Shown: piece after piece, positions 1 through 10,647 of the stretch
Layout: each line of letters opens with the position of its first letter
How positions within the stretch are numbered: the stretch's first letter is position 1
IMG/VR virus record: IMGVR_UViG_3300031244_000002
Coordinates: 1 to 61,666 of that record
Source: a virus
Lineage: Duplodnaviria; Caudoviricetes
DNA length: 61,666 bases
Strand: one strand, 5' to 3'
The notes under the pieces: generated by a model
The model's input: only the letters and a program-made list of their open reading frames with translations
Database searches by the model: none
What the model was told of the DNA's origin: nothing
Made by a program: the position numbers and the translations under genes

Positions 1-1042
1 TAGGAGTCCAAAGATCAGAAGGAGGTGTAAACGTATTGATTGTCTGGTACGCAACCGTTACAGTAGTCTTTATTCGCATCGTAACAGGAGGCGATTTAAA
101 GACATCAAGCATCGTTCGACCTCCATATGTTTCGGTAAATGCCTTAACTCTTCCTGGGTAAGGGAAGTCAGCAATTGTATCAAAAGAAAAAGATCCAGAA
201 GCAGGGTCACTTCCACTGGCACTCTGCATTGATGTTACTGTATATATTCTATACCCATCAGACTCACGGTACTCGTCTTTTAATACAACACCAGATGGAG
301 TAACTTTATTACCAAATGATATATTAGTAACCTCTCTTAACCCATCCTGCCTTGAGTTTATAACCTGCTCTATTAACCCATCTCCAAGTACAAAACCATA
401 CTTATATACCTGCCTACCATTTATAAAATCAATTCCCTTGTTTATAAGCGTCCACCCACTAGGAGTAGCAGGCTCTACGCCAAGAGACGTTATCGTGCGT
501 AATTGCACCTTACCTCCAAATTTTATTTCATCATCTTGTGATAATTGACCACTACTAATATAAGTCCTACGTATCTTTCTAAGCGTACCATCATTAGTTC
601 GTTCCTCGGTTTTAAGCAGGCAATCTGAGAATGGTGATGGAGCTGGCGTGGTTCCGGGTATCTGGTATGTAGACGTACCAACATTAAGTTGATAATAATC
701 GATTACGATACTTCTGTTATTATACTGATCTATAATAACTCCAGGCTGACCGACCTGCGTTTCATTAAATCCATCTAGCTGCTCATAAGTACGGAGCAAT
801 ACAGGCGGTAATTTGCATGGCTCATAGAAATTTCCCAACTGCCCCTCAATCTTTTGATCTATGAGGTAGCAATTTGTGAATTTTTCATCAACTGTTCCGA
901 GGGGTTTCCAGCATATAGATAAAATATCGGCTGGAGATTTAGGAACCCAGTTTAAAACATCGTATCGACGTTGGACCGTTAGCCGGAAATCCGGGTTACG
1001 CACAACAGTCGGCGCTCGATTTTGGAGATCCAGATTGGACAC
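1..1042 (-). CDS. Probable virion/tail protein, N-terminal part of a 418-aa ORF continuing across the window junction into 61452-61666
   Basis: Hand-translated stop-free frame from GTG at 1042 (MSNLDLQNRAPTVVRNPDFRLTV...) to base 1; absent from the ORF track; beta-rich T/S/G/V composition. Confidence 0.7.
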   Translation of the reverse strand, partial: MSNLDLQNRAPTVVRNPDFRLTVQRRYDVLNWVPKSPADILSICWKPLGTVDEKFTNCYLIDQKIEGQLGNFYEPCKLPPVLLRTYEQLDGFNETQVGQPGVIIDQYNNRSIVIDYYQLNVGTSTYQIPGTTPAPSPFSDCLLKTEERTNDGTLRKIRRTYISSGQLSQDDEIKFGGKVQLRTITSLGVEPATPSGWTLINKGIDFINGRQVYKYGFVLGDGLIEQVINSRQDGLREVTNISFGNKVTPSGVVLKDEYRESDGYRIYTVTSMQSASGSDPASGSFSFDTIADFPYPGRVKAFTETYGGRTMLDVFKSPPVTMRIKTTVTVAYQTINTFTPPSDLWTP

Positions 1043-1162
1043 ATATCCGCATTGGGCTTAATTCAACTAAATGTCACGCCAAGACTAATTCTACCTCGCT
1101 GGATAGATACATCTCCCAACAACTTGTTGACACCGGGTAATTATAATTCCAATCAATCGTTC

Positions 1163-2356
1163 ATGGAAACAAGTCCAGCTCGCGGGACACCCGAGCAATC
1201 AGTAGTAGCACCAGTCGTTAGTACGGAGAAAGCCCCTGTGGCATCCTCCAGTTCTTTGCAGCAACCGGATCTGAACAGTAAGATTCAGAATGCTAAATCT
1301 CCCGCCGAAGTCAGGGCTCTAATTAAAGAGCAACGTTCTGTAATACAGGACACGTTACGAAAACCGGATGGGTGGAAGCCAGGTAGTGAGGCTAAGCCCG
1401 CTACGCCAACTCCATCGCCAGTTGAGGCAACGCCTGAAGCACCCGTAGCCGAGGAAACTCCCACTGGTGAACAGCCCGTAGCTGATGAAGCAGAGACTAC
1501 CGAGGAGACTCCAGTAACACCCGAAGAGACGATTGATCCCGATGAAGATGATGCCGGTGGCGATGGCCCCGTCACACCAATCACAGGAAAACGCGCCCAT
1601 CTTCGACTTGCGGCAGACGATAAGGTAGGACGCTTAGCAGCGTCCCTCATGAAGCGTAACCGCGATATGCCAATGGAGGAAGCAGTCGATAGGGCTAGAA
1701 CCCAACTCGGGATCAAAACCCCTGAATCAACCACAGAAACTCCAGCCGTTAAATCCGATCTACCACAGACAGTCGAGCAGACCACTGCAGAACTTGATCG
1801 TCTTGATATAGAACGCGAAAAAGCGCTGGTTGAGCTTAGATTCGAGGACGTAGCCAAGATTGATCGAAACATGCGCAAGCTGGATCGTCATCAGGTTCAA
1901 CTCGAACGCCAAGCAGAACAGAGCGCCACGGCAGAAGCCGCCGCTTACGACCGAGGATTTACAACCTCACAAACGAAAGCCGCTGATCTCTACGAATTCG
2001 CGGGTAAACCCGAAAGCGATGGAGCAAAGCGTATGATCGAGATCGAGGAAGTCCTCAAAGCGAACGGAGATCCACTATACTTTAGCCCCGACAAACCGCT
2101 GAGAATAGCCCAGATGGTTGCAGCCGAACTTCATATTGCTCCACGTCGGAAGGGAGCATCAGCCGCGCCGGCTAAGGCCGCTGCTCCGGCCCCCGCTACT
2201 ATTCAACCTAAGAAACAGGTACTGCCGGGTGGAGGCAGTCGAACAACCCCACCGCCAACCAATCAACCCTCCGCGGTCGATCAAGCGATTAGAAATGCAC
2301 CGAAAACCTTAGCAGGAATTCGAGATCTCCGTAAGCAGCTTGGGCTGCAGCACTGA
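1163..2356 (+). CDS. Putative capsid scaffolding protein
   Basis: Acidic, P/A/E/T-rich with coiled-coil segments, immediately upstream of the capsid gene; start moved to ATG 1163 (METSPARG). Confidence 0.6.
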   Translation: METSPARGTPEQSVVAPVVSTEKAPVASSSSLQQPDLNSKIQNAKSPAEVRALIKEQRSVIQDTLRKPDGWKPGSEAKPATPTPSPVEATPEAPVAEETPTGEQPVADEAETTEETPVTPEETIDPDEDDAGGDGPVTPITGKRAHLRLAADDKVGRLAASLMKRNRDMPMEEAVDRARTQLGIKTPESTTETPAVKSDLPQTVEQTTAELDRLDIEREKALVELRFEDVAKIDRNMRKLDRHQVQLERQAEQSATAEAAAYDRGFTTSQTKAADLYEFAGKPESDGAKRMIEIEEVLKANGDPLYFSPDKPLRIAQMVAAELHIAPRRKGASAAPAKAAAPAPATIQPKKQVLPGGGSRTTPPPTNQPSAVDQAIRNAPKTLAGIRDLRKQLGLQH

Positions 2357-2430
2357 GATCACCGCCCAACTCATCCTTGCCGCCCGCCATCGCCAGCATG
2401 TCGCTGGTAAACAATCTATAAATTTCCAAC

Positions 2431-3918
2431 ATGAGCTGGGAACCAGGAACAAATAACACCGCTACCGCGCTGGCAGCAATGTCGCCGGAGTCGGTGCGCA
2501 TCCTCTGGCAGAAGACTGTCGATACGTTTGAACAAACGGAAGACTTCTTCTCCAAATTCGAAGGCGAGTCGAAAGACGCGTCTATCATGACCATCAATGA
2601 CACGTCGGTTGATCGCGGCCTCAAATTCCGCATCACCTCGCGTGCAGGTTACTACAACAAAGGCAAGTCCGGTGAAGGTCTCTTCATCGATCAAGACGAT
2701 TTCGCCACAGACGTCATCAACAACAATGAGCTGGATTGCGATTATCTGCGCAATGCGGCCTCTGCTTCGCTCCGTACCGATGAGTACATGGGCATGCAGG
2801 GTGAGCTCGTCGACGGCCAAGCGGAAGAGCTCGGCAAGTGGATGGGCCGTGAGAAATCGGCACGCGCTGGTATGACGTTCGTATTGAAAGGAGGGGCCGA
2901 TAATCTACTGATCGGCGGTGGCAAATCGTCTGAGGCTAATCTGCTTACGGCAGATGGCCTTGTCTACAACGACATCCTCTATATGGGGCAGGCGCTGAAG
3001 CCAATGGGTGGACGTCCTTGTGAAATTGCAACCGTTCGCGGCTCCCCGGTTTACAAGTACTGCATGATCGGTACAACCCCCGGTCTGTTCTCCCTCAAAC
3101 AGGATTCAGACTACAAGCAGGTTCTTCGTGAGGCCGCGCCTCGTGAGGCTGCTTACGATGAGAATCCGCTGTTCCAGGGCGGCTACACCGACATCGACGG
3201 TCATCGTATCGTCGAGTTCAATCCGATCGATCCAGACGGTTACGCTTGGTCCGGTTCGTGGTTCAACGCCAAGGCATTCCTTGGCGAAGCAATCACCGCT
3301 GGCACTGCTGCCTTCGCGATCAAGGGTGGTGGCTCTGCCGCCGCTGCCGCGATCACCAATATCGAGTACTTCCGGTTCTTCCCGAACTTCGCGTTCGAGT
3401 TCCTCCCGAACGATATCTACTCGCCTGGTTCGACCGAGCAGTACCTCCTCATCGTCAACCCGCGCAACGCCGCTGTCGACCCAGGTAAAGTCGGCATGTA
3501 CGCGTACACGACCGGCAATAACGGCAACCAAATCACGATTACCAAGCGTCTCGCCGCTGTCCAGAATGGCCCTGTGGCCCTTGCGACAGTTGGTGATGTC
3601 ACCTGGAATACCGGCGTCTGGGCCAACAAGCACACGCAGACACACCCAATCGGAGCCACGATCGTTCTCTGTAACGCCAAGGGCGTTCCAATCGGTGACA
3701 CCGTTATGATGGGCGCAATGGCGATGCTCCGCGGCTACGGCAAATACCGTAATAAGCGCGATCAGTGGTTTGTCGATGCGTTCGTCACCCGCAAGTACAT
3801 CCTCACAGTCTTCGGTCAGCAACTCCGCAAGAATGTGAATGGCAAGTACCCCGGCTACGTGCGTCTCCGTCACGCTATCAGCTATCCAGAACTAGGTCTC
3901 CCCACCGTTACGTCGTAA
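2431..3918 (+). CDS. Major capsid protein (N4-gp56/DUF4043-like)
   Basis: 495 aa, N-terminal W..T...F..FEG...SI pattern resembling N4-type MCPs; strongly biased codon usage; follows scaffold-like gene. Confidence 0.75.
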   Translation: MSWEPGTNNTATALAAMSPESVRILWQKTVDTFEQTEDFFSKFEGESKDASIMTINDTSVDRGLKFRITSRAGYYNKGKSGEGLFIDQDDFATDVINNNELDCDYLRNAASASLRTDEYMGMQGELVDGQAEELGKWMGREKSARAGMTFVLKGGADNLLIGGGKSSEANLLTADGLVYNDILYMGQALKPMGGRPCEIATVRGSPVYKYCMIGTTPGLFSLKQDSDYKQVLREAAPREAAYDENPLFQGGYTDIDGHRIVEFNPIDPDGYAWSGSWFNAKAFLGEAITAGTAAFAIKGGGSAAAAAITNIEYFRFFPNFAFEFLPNDIYSPGSTEQYLLIVNPRNAAVDPGKVGMYAYTTGNNGNQITITKRLAAVQNGPVALATVGDVTWNTGVWANKHTQTHPIGATIVLCNAKGVPIGDTVMMGAMAMLRGYGKYRNKRDQWFVDAFVTRKYILTVFGQQLRKNVNGKYPGYVRLRHAISYPELGLPTVTS

Positions 3919-3937
3919 CGCATAGTTCGTCCGTATG

Positions 3938-3962
3938 CCTGCCGGGGTTCGCCCCCGGCAGG
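3938..3962 (+). terminator. GC-rich hairpin after capsid gene (terminator/attenuator)
   Basis: CCTGCCGGGG-ttcgc-CCCCGGCAGG followed by ttacacttt. Confidence 0.5.
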
Positions 3963-3971
3963 TTACACTTT

Positions 3972-4334
3972 ATGTCAGCTAAACTAATCATCTGGATATC
4001 GGGTAAACCACTGCTGAATGGCTACAAGCAGCGTGAGTTTATTTGGTCTCCATCCCACAACTGCTATATCTACGGCGGCGAAGAAATCGACGCATCTAAG
4101 TTCAACGAGAGTTACGAAAAGGCTATCCGAAACAATGCGGACATGAACCCGCGCATCCGCGTGGTTAGCGTGCAGCATGTGAAGGTTATCGAGCCAGTGC
4201 CTATTCCTATCTCGACAATTGCAGCCAAAGAAATCACTGCTGAGCAAGCAGAAGAAGTTCTACAGCGCTTAGCACCGGAACGCCTCAAGAAAAAGCCAGG
4301 ACCTAAAACTCAGCCTGCGATCGAGGTCGCGTAA
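3972..4334 (+). CDS. Hypothetical protein in head module
   Basis: ATG 3972 (MSAKLIIW); fills gap between hairpin and next gene. Confidence 0.6.
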   Translation: MSAKLIIWISGKPLLNGYKQREFIWSPSHNCYIYGGEEIDASKFNESYEKAIRNNADMNPRIRVVSVQHVKVIEPVPIPISTIAAKEITAEQAEEVLQRLAPERLKKKPGPKTQPAIEVA

Positions 4335-4338
4335 TGCA

Positions 4339-5058
4339 ATGTCCCTTCAAATCGTCCAAGCCCGCGATGATCTCCTGAGTAAACTCGGGATTGAGGATGC
4401 CACTTTGGCATCCGCGCTGGCTTTGCAGGATGTCATTGTTGCCATCAACGGCGCCATGCAGCTTCTCCAGACTGCTGGACAGGATTACTTCACGCGTGAG
4501 ATACTAACTATCACACTGGCGGCAGGTACGTCTATTTACAATGTTCCTGTATCAGTACAATCCGTGCTCGGGCCTGTTCGTTGGAATAACACAAAACCGC
4601 TCCGCGCGTTAACTAGCGAAGGCGAGCTCGATCAATTTGATAGGGTCTTTCAAGGTGGATCGAGCTATGGCGTAGGTACTGATGGTAATCCAATTGCGTA
4701 TTTTGTGAAGTACCTAAGAAACGGCACAAAGGGCGACATCTGCGCTATATCTATTCGACTCGCACCAGCCCCATCAGCACCCCCTGGCACACTTGTAGCC
4801 GAGGTCGTAAACGATGCACCTGAATATGCGGTCGCAGATCTAACCAGCACCGACTATCTACCGGTAGCCCAAAACTATACCGAGAGCATATTTCTCCCCA
4901 TCGCTCGTCTTCTCATCACCAGGTCCTCGCAATATAGTCGGCCGGATACACTGGCTCAACTTGAAGGCGACGGGCAGCGCGCACTACAGATGATAGGGTT
5001 CTCAGGAGGATTCCCGAACGTCGATGCCCCGGCTCCTGAAAGGAGGGTAGAAGGATGA
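4339..5058 (+). CDS. Putative head-tail adaptor / tail tubular protein
   Basis: TITLAAGTSIYNVP, RLAPAPS and LPV..Y..IFLP patterns typical of podovirus adaptor-like proteins; position. Confidence 0.55.
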   Translation: MSLQIVQARDDLLSKLGIEDATLASALALQDVIVAINGAMQLLQTAGQDYFTREILTITLAAGTSIYNVPVSVQSVLGPVRWNNTKPLRALTSEGELDQFDRVFQGGSSYGVGTDGNPIAYFVKYLRNGTKGDICAISIRLAPAPSAPPGTLVAEVVNDAPEYAVADLTSTDYLPVAQNYTESIFLPIARLLITRSSQYSRPDTLAQLEGDGQRALQMIGFSGGFPNVDAPAPERRVEG

Positions 5059-5936
5059 CAATCGTTCAACTATTCCATCGCATCGGCCGTCGCTCTAAAG
5101 GCGGCGACTTTACAAAGTTGTCGATGACCGAGCAGACAGATATAGCCGAGGCAGCAAATACTGGCCTCCAGGAAGTCTACAACGCGCTCCCGGCGTACTT
5201 TAAAGAGATCACCGAAGGGTTCCTACTCCCCGCGCCACAGCCTATCACACTAGCCGTAATCCAGAATTCGAACGTTCTTTCGTCTGGTGTATTTACTGAA
5301 GAGCAGATCGGCCGTTCTGTTGTACTCGATGGGGACCCATCGTGGAATCAGGTGATCGCCACTGATCGACTGCTTAACCCATACATCGGGGCAACCGGAA
5401 CAGTGAACGGTACACTCTACGGAGATTCCGTCTACTCTCAGCGCTATCCGTTTGATCGGATCATCGGGAACCCGATGTTCGCCAATCAGAATAACGCGTA
5501 TCTCATGCGCCGTGAAATGATGCGAGGGAACCAAGGCTCTGCACTATGGCCATGGCAGCAGAAGGTAGGTGTTCCGATGATCTGGTGGGTACAGATGCTC
5601 GGCAACTCTCAGGGTAACGAACCTCTGATGGTCCTACGGTTCGCGCCAGCGCCAAGCATCGCCTACTCGATAAACATCCGCATGTCCTACTGGCCAAAGC
5701 GTCTCACGCTAGCCGACTACGATGCGGCAACCACATTGCCTGTTCCCGATCAATTTCTAGAGAGTTGCCTAATCCCACTGGCTATCAGGGCATTCATGTC
5801 ATCGCCGTGTTACCAATCAAACAACGATGACGTAGCCGTGAATGCTCGTGCGGAAAACGGGCTACAGTTCATCAAAAACCAACCTGGCCAACCAGCTTCA
5901 CCAAACAATCGAATCTTCACACCCTTCGGGTTTTAA
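5055..5936 (+). CDS. Second adaptor-like virion protein
   Basis: Shares LRFAPAPS / LPVPDQFLESCLIPLA pattern with upstream ORF; ATGA overlap. Confidence 0.5.
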   Translation: MTIVQLFHRIGRRSKGGDFTKLSMTEQTDIAEAANTGLQEVYNALPAYFKEITEGFLLPAPQPITLAVIQNSNVLSSGVFTEEQIGRSVVLDGDPSWNQVIATDRLLNPYIGATGTVNGTLYGDSVYSQRYPFDRIIGNPMFANQNNAYLMRREMMRGNQGSALWPWQQKVGVPMIWWVQMLGNSQGNEPLMVLRFAPAPSIAYSINIRMSYWPKRLTLADYDAATTLPVPDQFLESCLIPLAIRAFMSSPCYQSNNDDVAVNARAENGLQFIKNQPGQPASPNNRIFTPFGF

Positions 5937-5938
5937 TT

Positions 5939-6226
5939 ATGAGCACACGTTTATATCATAGCAGCGCAAAGACTGCATCCCAACTTGTCTACGTAGCTAA
6001 TCTACAAGGAGAAAACGGAACAACCTTTATCAATGATACGTCAGCAAAAACAGGATCATGGAATGCAATTCAGTGCATTGCAAATTGCACCTTCTCTAAG
6101 CTCGTATCACCTGAGAACAATGGTTCCGACATGGCGTCCGTAGTGCTAACCGCTGGCGTGACAATCTATGGCCATTTCACAGACATAACTCTGGCCACTG
6201 GTTCAGTTATAGCATACAACAGCTGA
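5939..6226 (+). CDS. Small virion protein (hypothetical)
   Basis: 95 aa, beta-rich, C-terminal ITLATGSVIAY; in structural operon. Confidence 0.55.
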   Translation: MSTRLYHSSAKTASQLVYVANLQGENGTTFINDTSAKTGSWNAIQCIANCTFSKLVSPENNGSDMASVVLTAGVTIYGHFTDITLATGSVIAYNS

Positions 6227-6345
6227 TGCCAGCCCAAGGCATACAATTAAGTACATCATCTTGTCCGCAATATGGACAACGCATTGATGTGCAAAAAATG
6301 GATTTTAGCATTCCAGCTAATCTAATAAACATAGTTCTAGAATAA
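6226..6345 (+). CDS. Small hypothetical protein (39 aa)
   Basis: Hand-translated MPAQGIQLST...NIVLE; TGATG coupling; fills the gap. Confidence 0.35.
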   Translation: MPAQGIQLSTSSCPQYGQRIDVQKMDFSIPANLINIVLE

Positions 6346-6349
6346 CACC

Positions 6350-7147
6350 ATGGCTACAATTCCAATCAAAGACACAAACGGAAACCCGATTAATTTTACA
6401 CCGGCTTCTGATTGCATAGGTTCTCCAGCAGACGCGGCAGCAGCGTCTGACACCGGATCGGCATCTCTAATCTCTTTATTTAAGAGATTTCTTGCTGCTT
6501 TCACGGCTTTTGTTACCGGATCTTCTACGGGATCAAAACAGGATACCGGCAATACATCGCTAGCTACAATTGCAGGAAAGGACTTTGCAACACAGACAAC
6601 ACTAGCTGCGCTAAGCGCAAAAGTACCTGCTATTGGACAAGCAACTAAGGCCACATCTATCCCCGTTTCTCTCCCAACTGATGTCGGAACTCTAGCGGTT
6701 AGTATCGCAACGGCCCCTGTACTCGTAGCTGGATCTGCCATTATAGGTAAAACAGGTGTCGACCAGACAACTGATGGGACAACAAATAAAGTCGCATCTG
6801 CTGGGCTACCAACAACCGCAGCGATTAATGCTGCTTCAGTTGGACTAGCTACCGGACTTACTGTAGCGAATATCAAGGCAAGCGCCGGTAGCGTTTATGG
6901 TATGGCGATAGCAAATAAAACAGCAGCCACTCTATACATCCAATTCTATAATACGGCAGGAACCCCAACTCTTGGTACTTCAGTAGTTTGGTGGGTTCCT
7001 GTTCTCGCCTCGCAACAGATATTCATTCCTGTAGGAGATATTGCCCTAGCTAATTTTTCGACAGGTATCGGTATTGGCGCTAGCACCACACCAACTTCAA
7101 CTGGTACACCAGGAACTGCCCCTGACGTAGTAATATTCTACAAGTAA
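6350..7147 (+). CDS. Virion structural protein (A/T/G/S-rich)
   Basis: 265 aa; C-terminal beta-sandwich-like IKASAGSVYG...LYIQFYN...FSTGIGI. Confidence 0.55.
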   Translation: MATIPIKDTNGNPINFTPASDCIGSPADAAAASDTGSASLISLFKRFLAAFTAFVTGSSTGSKQDTGNTSLATIAGKDFATQTTLAALSAKVPAIGQATKATSIPVSLPTDVGTLAVSIATAPVLVAGSAIIGKTGVDQTTDGTTNKVASAGLPTTAAINAASVGLATGLTVANIKASAGSVYGMAIANKTAATLYIQFYNTAGTPTLGTSVVWWVPVLASQQIFIPVGDIALANFSTGIGIGASTTPTSTGTPGTAPDVVIFYK

Positions 7148-7148
7148 A

Positions 7149-7433
7149 ATGAAAACCCGACCAGGACGCGCTGTTTATAATCCGCCCGGTGCTCCGGGGG
7201 CTGCTCCGTCTGCGTCGATCGACATCGGGATTACGTCGCTCACCGACCTTGCGGCCGTCGCAACTGTAAACCTAATCGCACCTGCCGTTAGATATTGGGT
7301 TCAGGCATCCGATGGAACTACGCAGGTATGGCAGCTATTGTCTAGTTCGGCGAATACATCTGAAGGCGTTCTAAGACCTAATGACTACAATGATCTTACG
7401 AATCGTAAAGTATGGTTCAAGGCATCATCCTGA
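7149..7433 (+). CDS. Hypothetical virion protein
   Basis: 94-aa ORF tightly packed in operon. Confidence 0.5.
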   Translation: MKTRPGRAVYNPPGAPGAAPSASIDIGITSLTDLAAVATVNLIAPAVRYWVQASDGTTQVWQLLSSSANTSEGVLRPNDYNDLTNRKVWFKASS

Positions 7434-10400
7434 GTGAATGTTGATGACGTAAAAGTTTCACAGGCCACACACGTAAGCCCACATCCGGCCTACGAAGACA
7501 GGTTCATCACTCCAGATGTCGGAACGCTTTGGGGGTTTGATGCGAACAAGCGCCCATTCGCAATTAAACTCGGGGCCAATCTCGCTCTAGTAGGTGATAC
7601 GCTAAACGCAACCGGTGGAGGTGGTGGATCTGGCACGGTCACGTCATTTTCTTCTGGCAATCTATCTCCGCTATTCAGCACCAATGTATCCACACCATCG
7701 ACAACTCCAGCGCTAGCATTCTCGCTTACAGCTCAAGCCCAGAAAACATTTTTAGCTGGCCCATTAACTGGAGCAGATACCGGACCTTCATTTAGGGTTA
7801 TCGCCGCCACTGATATTCCCGATCTAAGCAGCACATACCAACCACTAAACACAAATCTAAGCTCCATTGGTGGACTTTCCAATGCCTCAGGCTGGCTCCA
7901 TAACAATGGCCTTGGCATATTCTCATATTCAACCCCGACCTACACCGACGTAGGCGCAGATCCAGCCGGAGCTGCAGCAGCAATAACGCTTTCTGGTCTA
8001 GGTGGAGTTCCAACAACCAGACAAGTTAATGGTCATGCATTGAGTTCCGATATTACCGTAACAAAAGGAGATGTCGGTCTTGGCAGCGTTACCGATGATG
8101 CACAGGTAAAACGTACCGAGATGGGTGCTGCGCTTGGGGTAGCAACACTAGATTCCAGTTCTAAGCTCCTTACATCACAGCTACCATCGATTGCTATCTC
8201 TGAATACCTCGGGTCTGTAGCAAGTCAGGCTGCGATGCTTTCACTTACTGGAGAACAAGGAGACTGGTGCATACGAACCGATCTTGGAACCACATGGATT
8301 ATAACTGGTACTCCACCATCAGTCATTGGTTCTTGGACTCAGTTGAGCTATCCTACTGCCCCCGTGACTTCAGTGGCAGGACGCACGGGAGCTGTCACAC
8401 TTACAAGTACTGACGTCGGGCTAAACAATTTAACTAATTCGCTTCAGCTTGTCGCTGCTAGCAATCTAAGTGATCTTGTAAGCGCAGCCACGGCACGCGG
8501 AAATCTTGGTGGAACCACAGCCGGTCAATCGTTTTTCACGCTGGCTAATCCAAGCGCTATAACATTTCCGAGGATCAACGCAGATAATACCGTAACTACA
8601 CTGGACTCAGCGAGTTTTCGTACGGCCATTGGCGCTGGTACTGGCGGAGGCACCGTAACCTCCCTATCTGTCGTTACCGCCAATGGCTTTGCCGGTACGG
8701 TTGCTAATGCGACAACTACGCCGGCCATCACGCTTACAACTTCTATCACTGGTATTTTGAAAGGTAACGGTACGTCCATAAGCTCGGCCAGTGCTGGAAC
8801 GGATTTCGTAGCTCCAGGTTCAATCACAACATCTGGGCTCACACAAACTACTAATAAATTACTTGGCCGTGCGACCTCTCTTACTGGAGCTATCGAGGAA
8901 ATATCCCTTGGGTTCGGCATGGTTTTCGCCAGTGGTGAACTACGCACTCCACAAGATCTCAGGACAACTGGTTCACCTACTTTTTCAAATCTGACAGCCG
9001 ATGGTAATTTCCGATTATCGTCCTATTCAAGCGGTCCCCTCTATGTTAATGATACAGGAGATGTTCTGAGGGAAACTTCGTTAAGTGTAGTTAGGGGAGG
9101 GACTGGAAAATCTAGTATTGCGGCTAGCCGTCTACTTTGGAGTACGGGTTCAAATACACTCGGGGAGATTTCCCTTGGTTATGGAATAACTGTAACGTCG
9201 TCCGAATTAAGAACCCCCCAAGACCTTCAGAGTACCGCCTCGCCAACCTTTGGAGGTGCAACTATTGACGCTCGTGGAGTTGGTTATGCCCTCCTAACCC
9301 TTAATGCAGATGTAACAAATAATTCGTCTGGCCTTTATCTACGGTCTAACAATGTACAGGAATGGGCACTTATTAGCCATCTTGGAGGAGCGGATGCTTT
9401 CGGTATTTATAACAATGCACTATCTGCAAATGCACTCTCTATAAACCGATCAAATAATCAAATATCTCTAGGAACGATTGCCGCAGGAGTTTGGCACGGA
9501 ACTGCAATCGCTGATGCTTACATCGCAAGCGCAACAACGTGGAACGCTAAGATGCCAGCATTTACCCTTGGCAATAGCCTGGCGTTTACCGGAAGTGTGC
9601 TGGATACGATTCAGGATATACGGACGAGTGCTAGTCCAGGTTTCTTGGGGGTTACATTAAATAAAACTGGCGCTATCGGGGGTTCGCTGATTGGTCTTGG
9701 GACTAGTGAGGGGTTTCACCTAGAAGCTTCTTCTGGAAACAATGTATTTGAAGTCCAGCAGAAAGGTGCTGGTGTCTGTGGTATCCGGTTCATAGATATA
9801 GACGGTCTTGAAGCAGGGGCTATGGGATATGGAGAAAAAACCGGGACAGTCGGCCTCCCGTTTCGCGATATGATGTATGTGGAGATGGGGGCTGTTGGGG
9901 CAGGGAAAAGCACTAACCATCCATCGGATTTTGCTGTGGTTAATACATCCACAGATAGTGCATGGAGCTATGCCATGTTTCGTTGTTTTTGGAATGGTAG
10001 TATAGAGTTAAAGAGGCAGTACTCCTCTCCGGGTGTTCCTGGATCAGATGTGGCATTTAAGATAGATGGTATTGGTGGGGCATGTAGAGCACCGTTCGGT
10101 ATAAATTCAGACGGGGCGCTGAATGTATTTTCGGGGGAAATACGAATGGCTTCCAGTGGAGCGTCCGACGATGAGAATATGTCTTGGAAGAATGGTACAC
10201 GTCAATGGAATGCGGGAATCGCGGGCAGCATAGGAAGTAGTTCATTCTTCATTAAAAATGTAACGGCAGGCACCTACGACCTAATTATAGATGGGACATC
10301 TGGACTGGCTCAATTTAATAAGGCTATACAGACCGGATCACCATCAGGCGGCACTGCGAAGCCGGTAAAATTTGGCGCAGCAGCAACGGTAACCCCGACA

Positions 10401-10475
10401 TCACCAAATCGCACAATTGAGTTAGAAGTCGATGGGACTACTTACTATTTAGCAGCAAAAACTACTAACAATTAA
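7434..10475 (+). CDS. Tail fibre / receptor-binding protein
   Basis: 1013 aa G/S/T-rich; PVTSVAGRTGAVTL, DVGLGSV, NLSDL..A.TARGNLG and GGTVTS fibre motifs. Confidence 0.8.
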   Translation: MNVDDVKVSQATHVSPHPAYEDRFITPDVGTLWGFDANKRPFAIKLGANLALVGDTLNATGGGGGSGTVTSFSSGNLSPLFSTNVSTPSTTPALAFSLTAQAQKTFLAGPLTGADTGPSFRVIAATDIPDLSSTYQPLNTNLSSIGGLSNASGWLHNNGLGIFSYSTPTYTDVGADPAGAAAAITLSGLGGVPTTRQVNGHALSSDITVTKGDVGLGSVTDDAQVKRTEMGAALGVATLDSSSKLLTSQLPSIAISEYLGSVASQAAMLSLTGEQGDWCIRTDLGTTWIITGTPPSVIGSWTQLSYPTAPVTSVAGRTGAVTLTSTDVGLNNLTNSLQLVAASNLSDLVSAATARGNLGGTTAGQSFFTLANPSAITFPRINADNTVTTLDSASFRTAIGAGTGGGTVTSLSVVTANGFAGTVANATTTPAITLTTSITGILKGNGTSISSASAGTDFVAPGSITTSGLTQTTNKLLGRATSLTGAIEEISLGFGMVFASGELRTPQDLRTTGSPTFSNLTADGNFRLSSYSSGPLYVNDTGDVLRETSLSVVRGGTGKSSIAASRLLWSTGSNTLGEISLGYGITVTSSELRTPQDLQSTASPTFGGATIDARGVGYALLTLNADVTNNSSGLYLRSNNVQEWALISHLGGADAFGIYNNALSANALSINRSNNQISLGTIAAGVWHGTAIADAYIASATTWNAKMPAFTLGNSLAFTGSVLDTIQDIRTSASPGFLGVTLNKTGAIGGSLIGLGTSEGFHLEASSGNNVFEVQQKGAGVCGIRFIDIDGLEAGAMGYGEKTGTVGLPFRDMMYVEMGAVGAGKSTNHPSDFAVVNTSTDSAWSYAMFRCFWNGSIELKRQYSSPGVPGSDVAFKIDGIGGACRAPFGINSDGALNVFSGEIRMASSGASDDENMSWKNGTRQWNAGIAGSIGSSSFFIKNVTAGTYDLIIDGTSGLAQFNKAIQTGSPSGGTAKPVKFGAAATVTPTSPNRTIELEVDGTTYYLAAKTTNN

Positions 10476-10647
10476 CTCTTATGAACCCAGACCCAAAACA
10501 ACTCCTACAGATAATCCATAATCGCGGTGAACAGGCGAAAGTCTGAAGCTAAAATAGAATTGGAATAGATGGATACCTAATTACGATCTATTCTCGCCAC
10601 ACGAGATTCTTCTGGAACTATTCCAAATCTGGTTTCAACCTACGCAC

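Noticed and set aside
1127-1147. Perfect TTGACA and TATAAT hexamers upstream of scaffold gene
   Set aside because: Spacing is only 9 nt, so they cannot be one sigma70 promoter; a promoter here is plausible but not definable
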